A stretch of DNA of 64,000 nt from Nitrospirota bacterium (GTDB lineage Bacteria > Nitrospirota > UBA9217): positions 256,001-320,000 of the forward strand of contig CAWFSF010000001.1 of NCBI GenBank assembly GCA_963818475.1. Direction: 5' to 3'. The notes below the pieces were generated by a model. It did no database searches. It had not been told where the DNA came from and saw only the letters and a list, made by a program, of their open reading frames with translations. The stretch's first letter is position 1. Every line of letters begins with the position of its first letter. Below are positions 29,591-41,000 of this stretch, piece by piece. Made by a program: the position numbers and the translations under genes.

Positions 29591-32158
29591 CTACCGTGCG
29601 TCAAGGACGTCCCGTATCTTCTGCGACAGGTCCCTGAGCGAAGCCGGCTTGGTGATGAACTGCATGCCTTCCTCAAGCACGCCCCTGCTGTTGATCACGT
29701 CGGCGGTATACCCGCTCATAAAAAGGGCCTTCACGCCGGGCCGCATTCTCCTGACCTCGTCATAGACCTGTTTTCCATTTTTTTTCGGCATGATCACATC
29801 GAGGATCAGCAGGTCTATCCGGTCCTTATGGTCCGTGAACAGCTCGACCGCTTCCTTCCCGTCCGCGGCCATGATGACCGTGTACCCCAGGTGCTCCAGC
29901 ATTGTCCTGGTGATCCGCCTCACGCCTTCATCGTCGTCCGTGACCAGGACCGTTTCCGTGCCGCCTCTGAGCAGGGCGGGCCGGGCGGGCGCTGCCTGCT
30001 CTGTCCTGGCGGTATCGAGCGGGAAATAGAGCGTGAAGGTCGTGCCTTTGCCCGGCTCGCTCTCGCAATCAATATAGCCGTTGTGCTGTTTGACGATGCC
30101 GTATACGATCGAAAGCCCCAGCCCGGTGCCCTTCCCCGTCTCCTTGGTGGTGAAGAAGGGCTCGAAGACCCTCCGCTTCGTCCGTGCGTCCATGCCGGAG
30201 CCGGAATCTTTGACCGTAACGAGCACATAGGTCCCGGCCTTGCCATACCCGTTCTGCGCGATGTACTGGTCGTCGATCTCGGCAACACTCGTCGTTATCA
30301 GCAGCGTCCCACCGTGCGGCATGGCGTCCCGGGCGTTCACCGCCAGGTTCATCAGGACCTGCTCCATCTGGCCCGCATCGGCCAGGATGGTCAGGTCCGC
30401 GTCGGAAAGCCTTGTTCTCAGCTCGATCTCTTCGCCGATCAGCCGATGCAGCATATTCAACACAACCCGGATGCTTTCATTGATATCGACCGGCCTGGCG
30501 CTCGTGATCTGCTTCCTGCTGAAGGCAAGCAGGTTCTGGGTCAGGTTCGCCGCCCGCCTCGATGCGGCAAGGATCTGGTCCAGAAAACCGCGTGTCTGCT
30601 CATTCTCCGCGATGGTCATACCGAGCAGGTCGGTATAGCCGATGATGCTCGTCAGGATATTATTGAAGTCGTGGGCGATCCCGCCGGTCAGGGTCCCGAC
30701 CGCCTCCAGTTTCTGCGCATGCCGCAGCTGTTCTTCCAGTTTTTTATGCTCCGTGATGTCGCGCCCCACCCCCAGCAGGGCCATGACCTCTCCGTCCGCG
30801 CTCTTCAGGGGCACGGCCCGGGTCTCTACCCAGCGGCGCGTCCCCTTCAGGCCGATGAACTCGAATTCCAGGTTCCCCGATCCTCCCTGGAAGACACTGT
30901 CGGTAAGGGCCTGCATGCTCGCCGCATACTCGGGGACCACCAGCGGGTAGATCGATTTCCCCGCCACCTGCTCAAGCGAGTCTGCCTCGATCATGCGAAG
31001 GCCAGCCGGGTTCATCTCGAGGAGCGTCCCGTCCGCCGCGAGCAGCGTTACGCAATCCTGCTCGGCATCGATAAGGGTCCTGAGCTTGCTCTCGCTCCGG
31101 GCCAGGTCCTCTTCGATGCGTTTGCGTTCGGGCACGTCCTGCAGGGTCTCGATAACGACGAGGAGCTCGCCCTCGCTGTTGTAGATCGGTGCGGCATCGA
31201 AAACGATATACCGGTTCTTTCCGTTGATGTTCAGGTACCAGCCTTCGGCGTGCACCCCGTTCTCAACGAGGGACGAGCGCGAGTTCTTGCTGTACAGCGT
31301 GGAAAGTTCGTCATAGGAGCCGTCGACGACGATATCGGCCAGCGTCGGGCGTTTCTCGTCATAAAAGGGCATCCAGTGGTCATCGGTGCCGATCACGTCG
31401 CGGGCGGGAAGGCCTGTCAGTTCTTCGCAGGCCTTGTTCCAGATAACGACCTTGTGGTGGGGGTCGATCACGAAGGTCGCCACAGCGGAGTTCTGCACCA
31501 GGTTCTCGGCAAAGGCCTTCTGGTTCTCGAGAAGCGCTTCCATATGCTTTCGCTGCGTGATATCCCGCACCACGTGGATCAGGCCGACCATCTGGTTGTC
31601 GTTGTTGAACCGGGGGATGGCCCTCGTCTCGACATACATGTTCAGGTGAGGTTCGAACGATTCCGCAGCGACCGGCCGGGCCAGGGCGATGCTCCGGCAG
31701 CTCGGACAGTCCGCGGGAGGGCAGTCCGTGCCGTGAAAAAGCTTGAAGCATTTTGCCTTCCCCTTGGCGTCTGCAGACAGGTCAAGCCGCTCCCGTGCCG
31801 CACGGTTCGCGCGAATGATCGTAAAGTCCTTGTCATGGATGGTGATCATGTCGGTGATCGTGTTGAAAGTGTCTTCCCAGTCATGGGCGGATTGCGCGTT
31901 CATTTCCTCGGCGCGCGCTTTTTCCCTGAGCGCGGCCTTCTTCAGCGGCCTGACAACGATGCGCCAGAAGACCGGGAGGATCACGAGGGCCAGGACAACG
32001 GCATCAAGGAGCGCGGTGGGCAATGCAGGGGCTTGGGGAAATATCGCGGTGAGCAGGAGCATGATGATCAGCTCCGCGAAAAAAATGGTCGCGATCATCA
32101 CGCCGGCAAGGCGCAAGGGTGATGAGAAGAAGCCTTCGCGGCGTTCAACGGTCTTCAT
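29591..32158 (-). CDS. Hybrid PAS sensor kinase / response regulator
   Basis: Three PAS-like domains, AHDFNNIL, GTGLGL, C-terminal REC. Confidence 0.92.
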   Translation of the reverse strand: MKTVERREGFFSSPLRLAGVMIATIFFAELIIMLLLTAIFPQAPALPTALLDAVVLALVILPVFWRIVVRPLKKAALREKARAEEMNAQSAHDWEDTFNTITDMITIHDKDFTIIRANRAARERLDLSADAKGKAKCFKLFHGTDCPPADCPSCRSIALARPVAAESFEPHLNMYVETRAIPRFNNDNQMVGLIHVVRDITQRKHMEALLENQKAFAENLVQNSAVATFVIDPHHKVVIWNKACEELTGLPARDVIGTDDHWMPFYDEKRPTLADIVVDGSYDELSTLYSKNSRSSLVENGVHAEGWYLNINGKNRYIVFDAAPIYNSEGELLVVIETLQDVPERKRIEEDLARSESKLRTLIDAEQDCVTLLAADGTLLEMNPAGLRMIEADSLEQVAGKSIYPLVVPEYAASMQALTDSVFQGGSGNLEFEFIGLKGTRRWVETRAVPLKSADGEVMALLGVGRDITEHKKLEEQLRHAQKLEAVGTLTGGIAHDFNNILTSIIGYTDLLGMTIAENEQTRGFLDQILAASRRAANLTQNLLAFSRKQITSARPVDINESIRVVLNMLHRLIGEEIELRTRLSDADLTILADAGQMEQVLMNLAVNARDAMPHGGTLLITTSVAEIDDQYIAQNGYGKAGTYVLVTVKDSGSGMDARTKRRVFEPFFTTKETGKGTGLGLSIVYGIVKQHNGYIDCESEPGKGTTFTLYFPLDTARTEQAAPARPALLRGGTETVLVTDDDEGVRRITRTMLEHLGYTVIMAADGKEAVELFTDHKDRIDLLILDVIMPKKNGKQVYDEVRRMRPGVKALFMSGYTADVINSRGVLEEGMQFITKPASLRDLSQKIRDVLDAR

Positions 32159-32482
32159 GGCAAGGTCTCCGGTCGTTTGGTTGTGGCGAAGGATCGGTTG
32201 TTATGAGGTACGGGCAATGCGTCATGGTGCTGAAGGAGGTCAGAAAACGATGGCACGCAAAATTTCAAATGTTCAAACCCGGTCATGCCCTGACTTCTGA
32301 GTTGCGCAACAATGACATACAATGCAACTTTCTGCCGTAGTATACCCGTTTTTTTCGCGTTCAACAACCCGATTTATTGCAGGATCAAGAGGTCTGTGCG
32401 CTTTTGTCCTGAACGTGCAATTAGGATGATGAGGCAAAAGAGGGGCGCTTTTCATCTATGGGGAGAACGAGGAGAACGGAAT

Positions 32483-32606
32483 TAATACAAACGCATTTAG
32501 ATTCGTTACTGATTTGCCCCTCACCTTTGTCCTCTCCCCAGCGGGGAGAGGGTAGGGCAGAGGGGGGACTTTCCTGGATGTAACAATATTTAATTCGTTT
32601 GCATTA
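32483..32606. mobile_element. MITE-like element copy 1 (~124 bp) with internal CCCTCTCCC...GGGGAGAGGG hairpin
   Basis: Near-identical to 34584-34706; imperfect TIR TAATACAAACGCATT / AATTCGTTTGCATTA. Confidence 0.75.
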
Positions 32607-32649
32607 ATATGACTATCTCTCGGAGGGATCTTTCAGGTGATCGTAGGGA

Positions 32650-33525
32650 TCATGCCGCCATCAAACCGAGATATTTCCTCGGATTGTCCGAGGCGAACTG
32701 CAGCGCCCGCTCCTGAGAAACGCCGAGCGAGACCAGGTTCTTTATTGCATCGGCAAGGCAGATGCCGCTGCCGAGCAGCACCCCGCCGGCGCCGCGGATG
32801 GGACCGCTGCCCCAACCAGGCCCCTTGACCGAATCCGATACGAGCAGGATCCGTTCAGGCGGCTTCATGTCGAAAAGCATCTTCAGGCTCTGAGGGTGGA
32901 GGTGGGCCATATCAACGATGATCTCGACATAGATATCGTCGTCCATGAGCCCGAACCCGGCAAGGCCCGGTTCGCGGTGATGGAACCCGCGCATGGCATT
33001 GAACAGGTGCGTAATGCCTGTTGCGCCGGCGCGCTTTCCTTCCTCGGCCTGTTCATAGGTCGCGTCGCTGTGGCCCATGTGAACAAGGAAACCCATCGCA
33101 CGGCAGGCCTCGATGACGTGAAGCGCGCCGGGAAGCTCCGGCGCGATCGTGACAATACGGATCAGGTCCTCGAAATCCTCGACCAGGCGGGTCAGGGCTT
33201 CGACGGAGGGCTCGGAAAAGCCGGTCCGGTCGAGGGATCCGGACCGTTCGGGATTCAGGAACGGCCCCTCAAGATGGATCCCCTGAATGCGTGCGCCCGA
33301 ACGCTGGGCCGACATGGCGCTCCGGATCGCGGTCATGCTCTCGCGCATGGTCTCGATCGCCCCCGGGTAGACCGTCGGCAGAAGGACCGACGTCCCGCGC
33401 TCTCCGTGAATGTTTGCCAGCTGGAGGATATCGTCCTGGCGCCGCGTGCGCGTGTCGTAGGTCTCCGCGCCGTGCACGTGGATATCGACAAGCTGCTGAC
33501 TGGTTTCGGTCGTTGTCCGGGCCAT
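32650..33525 (-). CDS. nagA: N-acetylglucosamine-6-phosphate deacetylase
   Basis: DIHVHG, HLEGPFL, TIAPE, GHSDA, THLFNAM. Confidence 0.9.
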   Translation of the reverse strand: MARTTTETSQQLVDIHVHGAETYDTRTRRQDDILQLANIHGERGTSVLLPTVYPGAIETMRESMTAIRSAMSAQRSGARIQGIHLEGPFLNPERSGSLDRTGFSEPSVEALTRLVEDFEDLIRIVTIAPELPGALHVIEACRAMGFLVHMGHSDATYEQAEEGKRAGATGITHLFNAMRGFHHREPGLAGFGLMDDDIYVEIIVDMAHLHPQSLKMLFDMKPPERILLVSDSVKGPGWGSGPIRGAGGVLLGSGICLADAIKNLVSLGVSQERALQFASDNPRKYLGLMAA

Positions 33526-33660
33526 CGGAACCTCGCATTGATTCTGGCTGAAGGTGGTTAGACCGATGGCTGAAAGTAAGACGGAAAATCGCGCCCTCGG
33601 TGACTGAGCACCCAATCATCTTTACCTTCAGTCCTCAACCTTCAGCCTATCCACCTGATT

Positions 33661-33912
33661 TTACGTAATCATCCCTCGTTTGGAGAAGAACTCGCTCAGG
33701 GCGAGCCGCACCACCGCGCCGCGGTCCCAAGGCTGTTTCAGCTCCTTCGTCAGCTCGGCAGCCACCACATCCAGGGCCGGGATATGCTCATCCTCAAGCT
33801 GGATCGTAACCTCCACAAGCCCGTGCTCATGCGGTTCATGTTCGTCATGCCCTTGCCCGTGGCCGCAGTGCTCGTCATGGCGGTGGTGAGCATGTTCGTG
33901 CTTGTCATTCAT
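33661..33912 (-). CDS. His-rich small protein with ribbon-helix-helix-like C-terminus
   Basis: HEHAHHRHDEHCGHGQGHDEHEPHEH followed by RGAVVRLALSEF. Confidence 0.7.
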   Translation of the reverse strand: MNDKHEHAHHRHDEHCGHGQGHDEHEPHEHGLVEVTIQLEDEHIPALDVVAAELTKELKQPWDRGAVVRLALSEFFSKRGMIT

Positions 33913-34050
33913 AAGGCGCCTCGCTTATATATAACTGAAATGATACTCATATTGTACCCGCTAGAAAATAAAAATTCCAGAAAATGTTAAGCACGAAAGA
34001 ACAGTTGGCAGATACGATCCGTGTCAACTGCCGTCGTCAGCTTAAAGACT

Positions 34051-34080
34051 TTGACAACTTCCCCTTGCCTGGACTATAAT
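34051..34080 (+). promoter_or_regulatory. Consensus sigma70 promoter
   Basis: TTGACA-N18-TATAAT. Confidence 0.65.
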
Positions 34081-34145
34081 AGCGCTTTGTTCAAAAGGGC
34101 TGCATGCCCCGGCGTACACTCTCTGACAGCAATGGAGGCCACGGA

Positions 34146-34391
34146 ATGAACCAGGTATGGATTGCAGTTATCGCAGCGCTCATCATGGCAGGAGGACTGG
34201 GAGGGCTTTACTATCTCTTCATCAAGCAGAACGCGGTGATCGACGTCAAGGCGCTTCAGTTCGCTTCGATCGTGCTCGTTCTGCCGCTGATGCTCGCACT
34301 CGGCGCGCTGAACATTCTCCGCAGCGATACCATCGGACCGCTCATCGGCGTGGTCATCGGCTATGTGCTGTCAAGGCCTTGGAAAGAGTAA
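34146..34391 (+). CDS. Small membrane protein
   Basis: SD GGAGG, three hydrophobic segments. Confidence 0.7.
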   Translation: MNQVWIAVIAALIMAGGLGGLYYLFIKQNAVIDVKALQFASIVLVLPLMLALGALNILRSDTIGPLIGVVIGYVLSRPWKE

Positions 34392-34583
34392 CCGCGGCGC
34401 AGAGCAGCGGGGACAAGCCGGAATTAAGAACCAGAGCAGTTGCGTCACTCGCAGAGCACGCAGAGGACGCAGAATTAAATCAAAAGTTTAGACTTAGTTT
34501 TTAAACCAGGCGATGTTCGAATTTTTCTCTGCGGACTCTGCGGTCTGCGAGAAAACTCTTCCCCTTTTCAACTTCTTCGTTAC

Positions 34584-34706
34584 TAATACAAACGCATTTA
34601 TATTCGTTACTGATTTGCCCCTCACCTTTGTCCTCTCCCCAGCGGGGAGAGGGTAGGGCGAGGGGGGACTTTCCTGGATGTAACAATATTTAATTCGTTT
34701 GCATTA
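34584..34706. mobile_element. MITE-like element copy 2
   Basis: Matches 32483-32606; its end coincides with the TAA stop of the AEC gene. An inverted partial relative lies near 60585-60643. Confidence 0.75.
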
Positions 34707-35631
34707 AAACAGCAAACTCATCATCACCGGCATAGTGAAGAACAGCGCTGCCGTCGAAACCGCAATGCAGCCCGCCGCCAGCGGCACATCCAGACCGAAC
34801 TCATCGGCGATCACGAGCGAGAGCACCATCACCGGCATGGCGCCTTCGATCGTCACGGCCCGGAGCGTATCTCCAGTGAGCCCTGCTCGGGAACCGATCC
34901 ACCAGGCCAGAACCGGCGCCAGGACCAGTTTCAGAAGCAGCGCCGGCACGGCGATCACCATCCGCCGCAGGTCCTTGAAATCGAGCGCCAGCCCCACCGT
35001 AAAGGTCATGATCGGAATGACCGCCCTGCCCATGAGCCCGGCCGCATCCTGCACCACCAGCGGAACCGCGAGGCCGAGGACCTGCACGAGCCCTCCGGCG
35101 GCAACGCCCCAGAGCGGCGGCAGTTTGAGCACCCGCAGGAGCGACGCGCCGAAGGATACGTTCTTCCCGCTTCCGTACCGGGCAGCGGCAAATACCCCGA
35201 CGGTCAGCAGGATCGGCGTTGCCGCCAGCAGATCGTAGATGATCGCCACGTACCCGAATTGCGCGCCGAGCATGCCGGTGATCACCGGGAGGCCCAGGTA
35301 AGTCACATTGCCGAAGCCCGCCGCAAGGATCATGACGCCGAAGGCCGGGCGGTCGATCTCCTTGAACCACGGGAGCAGGCGGTACACGACATAGGCCGCC
35401 GCCATCCCGATGAGCGTCACCAGTGCACCGGTTACGGGGATGGCAAGGAAGCTTTTGTCGATCGCCGCCGGTGAAATAAGATTAAAGGCCAGCGCAGGCA
35501 GAAAAAAATTGAGCACCGTCACGCTCAGAGTATGCCGCAACCGGTGCCGGTCGATCCCGCCCGGGTCGAAGAACCGCCAGACGTAGCCCGCAGCAATGAT
35601 CAGCGCGAATGAATACAGGACTTTGTTGATA
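34704..35631 (-). CDS. AEC (auxin efflux carrier)-family transporter
   Basis: FFLPALAF, FGNVTYLGLP, KLVLAP, EGAMP; frame extends upstream of 35540, start codon uncertain. Confidence 0.85.
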
Positions 35632-35845
35632 CCGTGCTCCTTTGTACAGTAACTGCTCAGGACAATATATTATCCGCAGATTGCGCAGATTACACAGATT
35701 AAAGCAAACCTAAATTGTGTTTTTAAAATCTGCGGCCATCTGCGTCGCTTAGAAGCGCCTACTTTTGGAATCTGCGGATAAAGGGTTTTTTTCTTGGGTG
35801 TAACGCCGGACGTGGCGGCATGGCCTGCGTTGTCTGGACCAGCTG

Positions 35846-37114
35846 TTACACCGTATGCTTTTTTTCCTCATGCGGCAGGAACGGGATCGTCAGCATGCCG
35901 GGGATGGTCAGGAAGCAGACAATAAGGAAGAACGCCTTGTAGCCCACCGCCTGCTGAAGCCAGCCGCTCACGAAGCCCGGCAGCATCATGCCGAGCGCCA
36001 TGATCCCGGTAGAGATGGCATAGTGGGAGGTCTTGTACTTTCCCTGCGCCGAGTACATGAGGTAGACCGTGAACACGGTGAAGCCCATGCCGTAGCCGAA
36101 CTGCTCCAGCGCCACGAGCGGATAGATCAGACCGATCGACGGCTGGTGATAGGCCATGTACACAAAAAAGAGGTCCGGCAGATGCATGGCCAGCACCAGG
36201 GGCCAGACAGCCCGCCTGAATCCGAACCTCGAGAGCACCCAGCCGCCGAGGATCCCGCCGATCACGAGCGATAGAATACCCACGGTCCCGTACACGAGGC
36301 CGACGTCCGATGTGGAGAGCCCCAGCCCCCCAGCGCTCGGCTTGTCCAGCAGGAACGGAGAGACCAGCTTGAGCAGCATGGCCTCGCCGAGCCGGTAGCA
36401 CAGGATAAAGGCGATGATCACGCCCACGCGCTTCTGCTTGAAGTAGGCAGCGAAGACCTCGGGAAATGACGCCCCTGAAGCAGCCTTTGCTGAAGAACGG
36501 CCATCCGCAGCGGGATAAGGAAGCATGAGCCGGTGGTAACCGAAGGCCAGAAGGAAGATCGAGCCGGCGATCCCAAGGACCAGGGTCCAGCTCAGCGGGA
36601 TGTTGCCTGTCGCTGTTTCGAACCTGCCTGCAACATAGACCAGGAATCCGGACCCGAAGATCATGGCAATCCGGTAGAATGCCGCACGCAGTCCCACAAA
36701 AAGCGCCTGGTCCTTTTCCGTGAGCGCCAGCATGTAGAAGCCGTCGGTCGCGATATCATAGGTGGCGGAGATGAACGCGCCGACGACGAAGGCAGCCAGG
36801 GACAGGGCGAAGAACCCTGAACTGTTCAGGGCGTAGGCAACGATGAAAAGCGAGAGCCCCATGGCAAGCTGGGTCGAGAGGATCCAGTTCCGCTTGGTGG
36901 AGTAGAGGTCCACCAGCGGGCCCCAGAACATCTTGATGACCCAGGGAAGGTAGAGCCAGCTTGTCCAGAAAGCGATATGCGCATTATCGATGCCCATGCG
37001 CTTGTACAGGATGACCGAGACGGTGTTGATGAGCACATAGGGAAGGCCCTCGGCAAAATAGAGGGTGGGCAGGAACGCCCAGGGGTTGCGGACAGGAACG
37101 GGTTGTTTATTCAT
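35846..37114 (-). CDS. AmpG-like MFS permease
   Basis: LYFAEGLPY, LPWVIKMFWGP, SATYDIATDGFY. Confidence 0.85.
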   Translation of the reverse strand: MNKQPVPVRNPWAFLPTLYFAEGLPYVLINTVSVILYKRMGIDNAHIAFWTSWLYLPWVIKMFWGPLVDLYSTKRNWILSTQLAMGLSLFIVAYALNSSGFFALSLAAFVVGAFISATYDIATDGFYMLALTEKDQALFVGLRAAFYRIAMIFGSGFLVYVAGRFETATGNIPLSWTLVLGIAGSIFLLAFGYHRLMLPYPAADGRSSAKAASGASFPEVFAAYFKQKRVGVIIAFILCYRLGEAMLLKLVSPFLLDKPSAGGLGLSTSDVGLVYGTVGILSLVIGGILGGWVLSRFGFRRAVWPLVLAMHLPDLFFVYMAYHQPSIGLIYPLVALEQFGYGMGFTVFTVYLMYSAQGKYKTSHYAISTGIMALGMMLPGFVSGWLQQAVGYKAFFLIVCFLTIPGMLTIPFLPHEEKKHTV

Positions 37115-37305
37115 GCAGGCAAGACTATCAGATTAGCGAGCGAACATCCAGAAAAAAAACAGGCAGGGAAGAAGCCCTGCCTGTTTGGATTAAGAAAATA
37201 TTTTTACCGCAGAGACGCGGAGACTCAGAGAAAAGCTTACAATAGGTATGATCTTCTCGGCGCCTCAGCGCCTCTGCGGTGAATCTTAGGTTCAGTTTTC
37301 CCCGG

Positions 37306-37758
37306 TCACTTCCCGGGCGCCGGGCTATCCGCCTTTTTCTCCTCCAGCTGCTGGAGCTTCGCCATATCGAGCGCTTTCTTCGCATCCGGCACCAGGGCGC
37401 TGTCGGGATACATTTTCAGGAACTCATCGAACGCATGGATCGCTCCTGACGTATCGCCCTTCGCAGCACGGTCAAGCCCTTCCTTGAACCCGGCAAGCTC
37501 CTCCTCGTTGATCGCCTCCTCGCCTTTCTTGCCTTTCCAGTAAAGCTTGGCATGCGTGTCCTCTTTCGCACCGCGAACTCCGGCCACGCTCGTGCTCAGG
37601 GAAACGGACTTTTTCGGCACGAGCAGGCTCACCTTCTGCTGCATGCTCTTGAGCCATTCGGAAAAACCCGATTCCTTCTTCGCCGCTTCCTCTGCGATCG
37701 CCATGGTGCTGAGCCCAAAAAGGACAACAAGGACCGCCGTATATATTTTCTTATTCAT
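37306..37758 (-). CDS. Secreted TPR-containing protein
   Basis: Signal peptide, VAGVRG, FDEFLKMYPDSALVPDA. Confidence 0.75.
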   Translation of the reverse strand: MNKKIYTAVLVVLFGLSTMAIAEEAAKKESGFSEWLKSMQQKVSLLVPKKSVSLSTSVAGVRGAKEDTHAKLYWKGKKGEEAINEEELAGFKEGLDRAAKGDTSGAIHAFDEFLKMYPDSALVPDAKKALDMAKLQQLEEKKADSPAPGK

Positions 37759-38019
37759 AATGCCTCCTTTTTCATAAAAGGCTTGATGACAAAATCTTTC
37801 ACCGCAGAGGGCGCAGAGGACATCTTGTCATAATGCCATTTTTCATTCCGCAAACCATACAAAGGAAAGAGCAATTTGCCACAAAATGCACATAAGGCAC
37901 AGCAGGGAAAAAGGGCTTAAGAAAATGTTCCGACTTTCGCCTTCCTCTGTGTCTCCGTGCCTCCGTGGTAAAAGCCGCTCATTCCGCAATCCGAAATCCG
38001 CAATCCGCAATCCGAAATA

Positions 38020-41000
38020 TTATTTCACCACTCCCAGATCCGAAGCAAGGTCGCTGTTCCGGCGGATCACCCGCGGATCTCTCGCGGCCGCCTGTTTGAA
38101 GAGCTTTTTTGCCTCTTCCTTGTTATTCATGCGCAGCAGGACACGCGACAGGTTCACCATGGTCCCGGGATCGTCCGGAGCGACCCGGAGCGACGACTCG
38201 TAGGCCTGCTTCGCATCGTCGAGCCGCTCCTGCAGGAAACTGATGTTGCCGATATTGTTCAGCGCATCGGCGTTCTCCTTGTCGATGGCCAGCATTTTCT
38301 GGAACTGCTGCAGCGCCTCGGCATAGAGCCCGTTCTCTCCGTACACGATCCCGAGCTCGGCGAGCGCGGCAAGGTCATCGGGATTCTTCTTGAGCATCTC
38401 GATATAGCCGGCGGAAAGGGCGTTCAGCCGCTGCCGGCCCAGCGCTTCGAGCTCGTCAGCGAACCGGGCGTCGATCTCCTGCCGCTTCGCTGCTCCAACC
38501 TTGCCATCTCCGCCCGGCAGCGTCACCGGTTTGAAGAGTTCCCAGGCTTTCTGCGTAACGATGATCTCGGCCTTGCCCCTGGCAGCCCAGTCCCGGTACT
38601 CTTCAGCCGCCTTCTGCCACGCCCGGGTGAATGACGATCCGACCATGGTCATTTCCACGGGGATCCAGACCGTTCCCTGGTGCAGGACCAGCAGTTCGTC
38701 GGGGAAACCCAGCGTCATGCGGTCCTTCTCGGTCACGCCGGTGTTGAACATGATGAACACATGGCCCGGCACATCGATGAACGCCGTGCCGACGCCGAGG
38801 TTCTCCATGCAGGCGGCGAAGAGGATCGAAAGGTCGTCGCAGTCGCCGCTCTTGCGGGAAAGCGTGTCGCGCGGATACTGGAGATAGTCCACGCTCGCTG
38901 CGTTCTCCGAGAACTCCTGGAAGGGGCTGGTGGGATCGACGATATAGTTCACCCCCAGCACGCCCAGCGCCCCGTAGATGCCGCGGGCGTAGACCAGCGA
39001 GGAATGCAGGTTCGGGAAAGCATCAACATACTGCTGGACAACGGACCGGCTGAACTCGACCACCGGCGGGTCCTTGGGCGTCACATAGGCCCCGAGCTTG
39101 GCCTTCTGGTCCCAGCGCATGGCGTGCCGCTCGTAGAGCGTGATGGGGAAACTGCGCGTCACGGTCCGGGCCTCGCCGGCCATGTAATAGGTGAGCGCGA
39201 GCTCGCTCTGGATCGGCGTGTTCTCGGTCACGTCCAGGATCTTATTGCTGAAGACCGGCTTGAGGTCCAGTTTGACCTCCTGGTTCGCTGCAATATCCTG
39301 AAGCTGGATCTCCGAGGGATAGTCCATGTAGTCCTTGATCGAGAAACTGAGCTTGGCCGACGGGAACGCATTGCCTGAATTGTTCCTGATAGTGACCGCC
39401 CCGATCGCGTTCGATTCATAGTACTTGTACGCGGAGGAGAAGATCTCCCCGATCTCCACCTTGGCGATCTCGAGCGGGGGAAGAGACAGGGCCGCCTTCG
39501 GCGTCGTGGCAAAGACCACGTCGCTGGCCTGGCTTTCATCGCCCTCCTTGCCCACGGACGTGAGCTGGTAATAATACAGCGTCTCGTCAACGAGCGGAGC
39601 GTCCAGGAACACTGTTTTTTCGACCTTGGCCACCGGTTCGAAACCCTCGGTAGGATGCTTGGACCGGTAAACCCTGTAGAAGCTCATGAACGGCTCGGTG
39701 TTGGGGGTCCACGAAAGTGTGATCTGCTTCTCCAGCGCCTCGATGCTGATCTTGCGGGGTGTTGCCGGGACAAGCCTCGGCGTCGAAGCAGAGACCGGAG
39801 AAGAGAGGGCGCTTTCGTTCCCTTCGCGCGCCTGGCTGGCCACCGCGTAGGTGAAGGTCTTGTTGCTCGGCAGGTTTTTGTCCGCGAAGAACGGCTCCTT
39901 GGTCACGCCCGCAGCCGTGAAGGGGCCTGCGGCTGATTCGGCGCGGTAGACCGTATAGTGGTCCAGATAGGTCTCGATGTTCGGCTTCCAGCTCACCTGG
40001 ATCTCGTTCGGCCGCGCCTGCGCAGCCGTGTCGCGCGGCACGGCAGGAGTGTGGCGCAGGGTGAAGGCCTGCACCCGCTTGTTGCCGCCGTCGCCGACAT
40101 AGAGCCGCACGCCCGCTTCCAGGGCAAGCCCCAGGGGCGCTTTGAACTCCCCGGGGCCGCTGCCCGGACTCCCGAACTTCCGGAGGAACTTCCCGCTGTT
40201 GTCAAAGACCTGAACGCGCGCGTTCCCTGCATCGAGCACATAAACCTCGTTGTCAGGCGAGATAATGATATTCTCGGGGTGGTCGAACTCCCCGTCCCCG
40301 GGGCCTTCTTTGCCGGATTCCCACAGGAGCGCGCCGTTGCTGTCGTATTTGCCGAATCGGTTGTTGCCGCGGTCCACGACATAGATATTGCCCGCACGGT
40401 CGACGGTCAGGTCGACGGGTTCGCGGAACTGGCCGCGCAGCGCGCCGCTCTTGCCGAAGGTGCCGAGGAACATCCCTTTGGGGCTGAAGACCTGGACCCT
40501 GTTGTTGCCGGTGTCGGCCACGCAGATGTTTCCCTTGGGGCTGAGCGCAATACCCGAGGGCCCGTCGAACTGTCCCTCGCCCGACCCGGACTTGCCGATC
40601 ACGTGCAGCAGCGTTCCTTCGCTGTTGTATTTCTGGATGCGGTCGTTGTCCGTATCAGCGACCCAGAAGTTCCCGGCATCGTCTACAGCCATGCCGCGCG
40701 GGCTTTTGAGCATGCCGGGCTCCGATCCCCGCGCCCCGAAGCGTGCTGCGCCGGAGACACCGACTGCGCCAAGAGAGTCCTTCGTGAGACCCCAGAGCCC
40801 CTTGTTGATCGCCAGGCCTGAAACCGTTTCAGCCATCACACCTGAAAGCTCTTCTGCGGGAAGCGGCGAGGACGGCGCAAGGGACGGCTGGGTGCCTGCT
40901 TCGCAGGCGAACACCTGGAGCGTGTTCTTTTTTGCATCGAGGACATAGACCTTGTCGCCGGCATCGACCTTGATGCCGGTAGCCAGGCGGAACTGGCCAG

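Noticed and set aside
29444-32122. Long + strand ORFs (e.g. 892 aa here, 578 aa at 17102, 416 aa at 16432)
   Set aside because: These are antisense shadows of GC-rich genes with clear motifs on the opposite strand.
32200-32460. Riboswitch upstream of the hybrid kinase
   Set aside because: No convincing match to c-di-GMP or other aptamer consensus by eye; an Rfam scan is needed.
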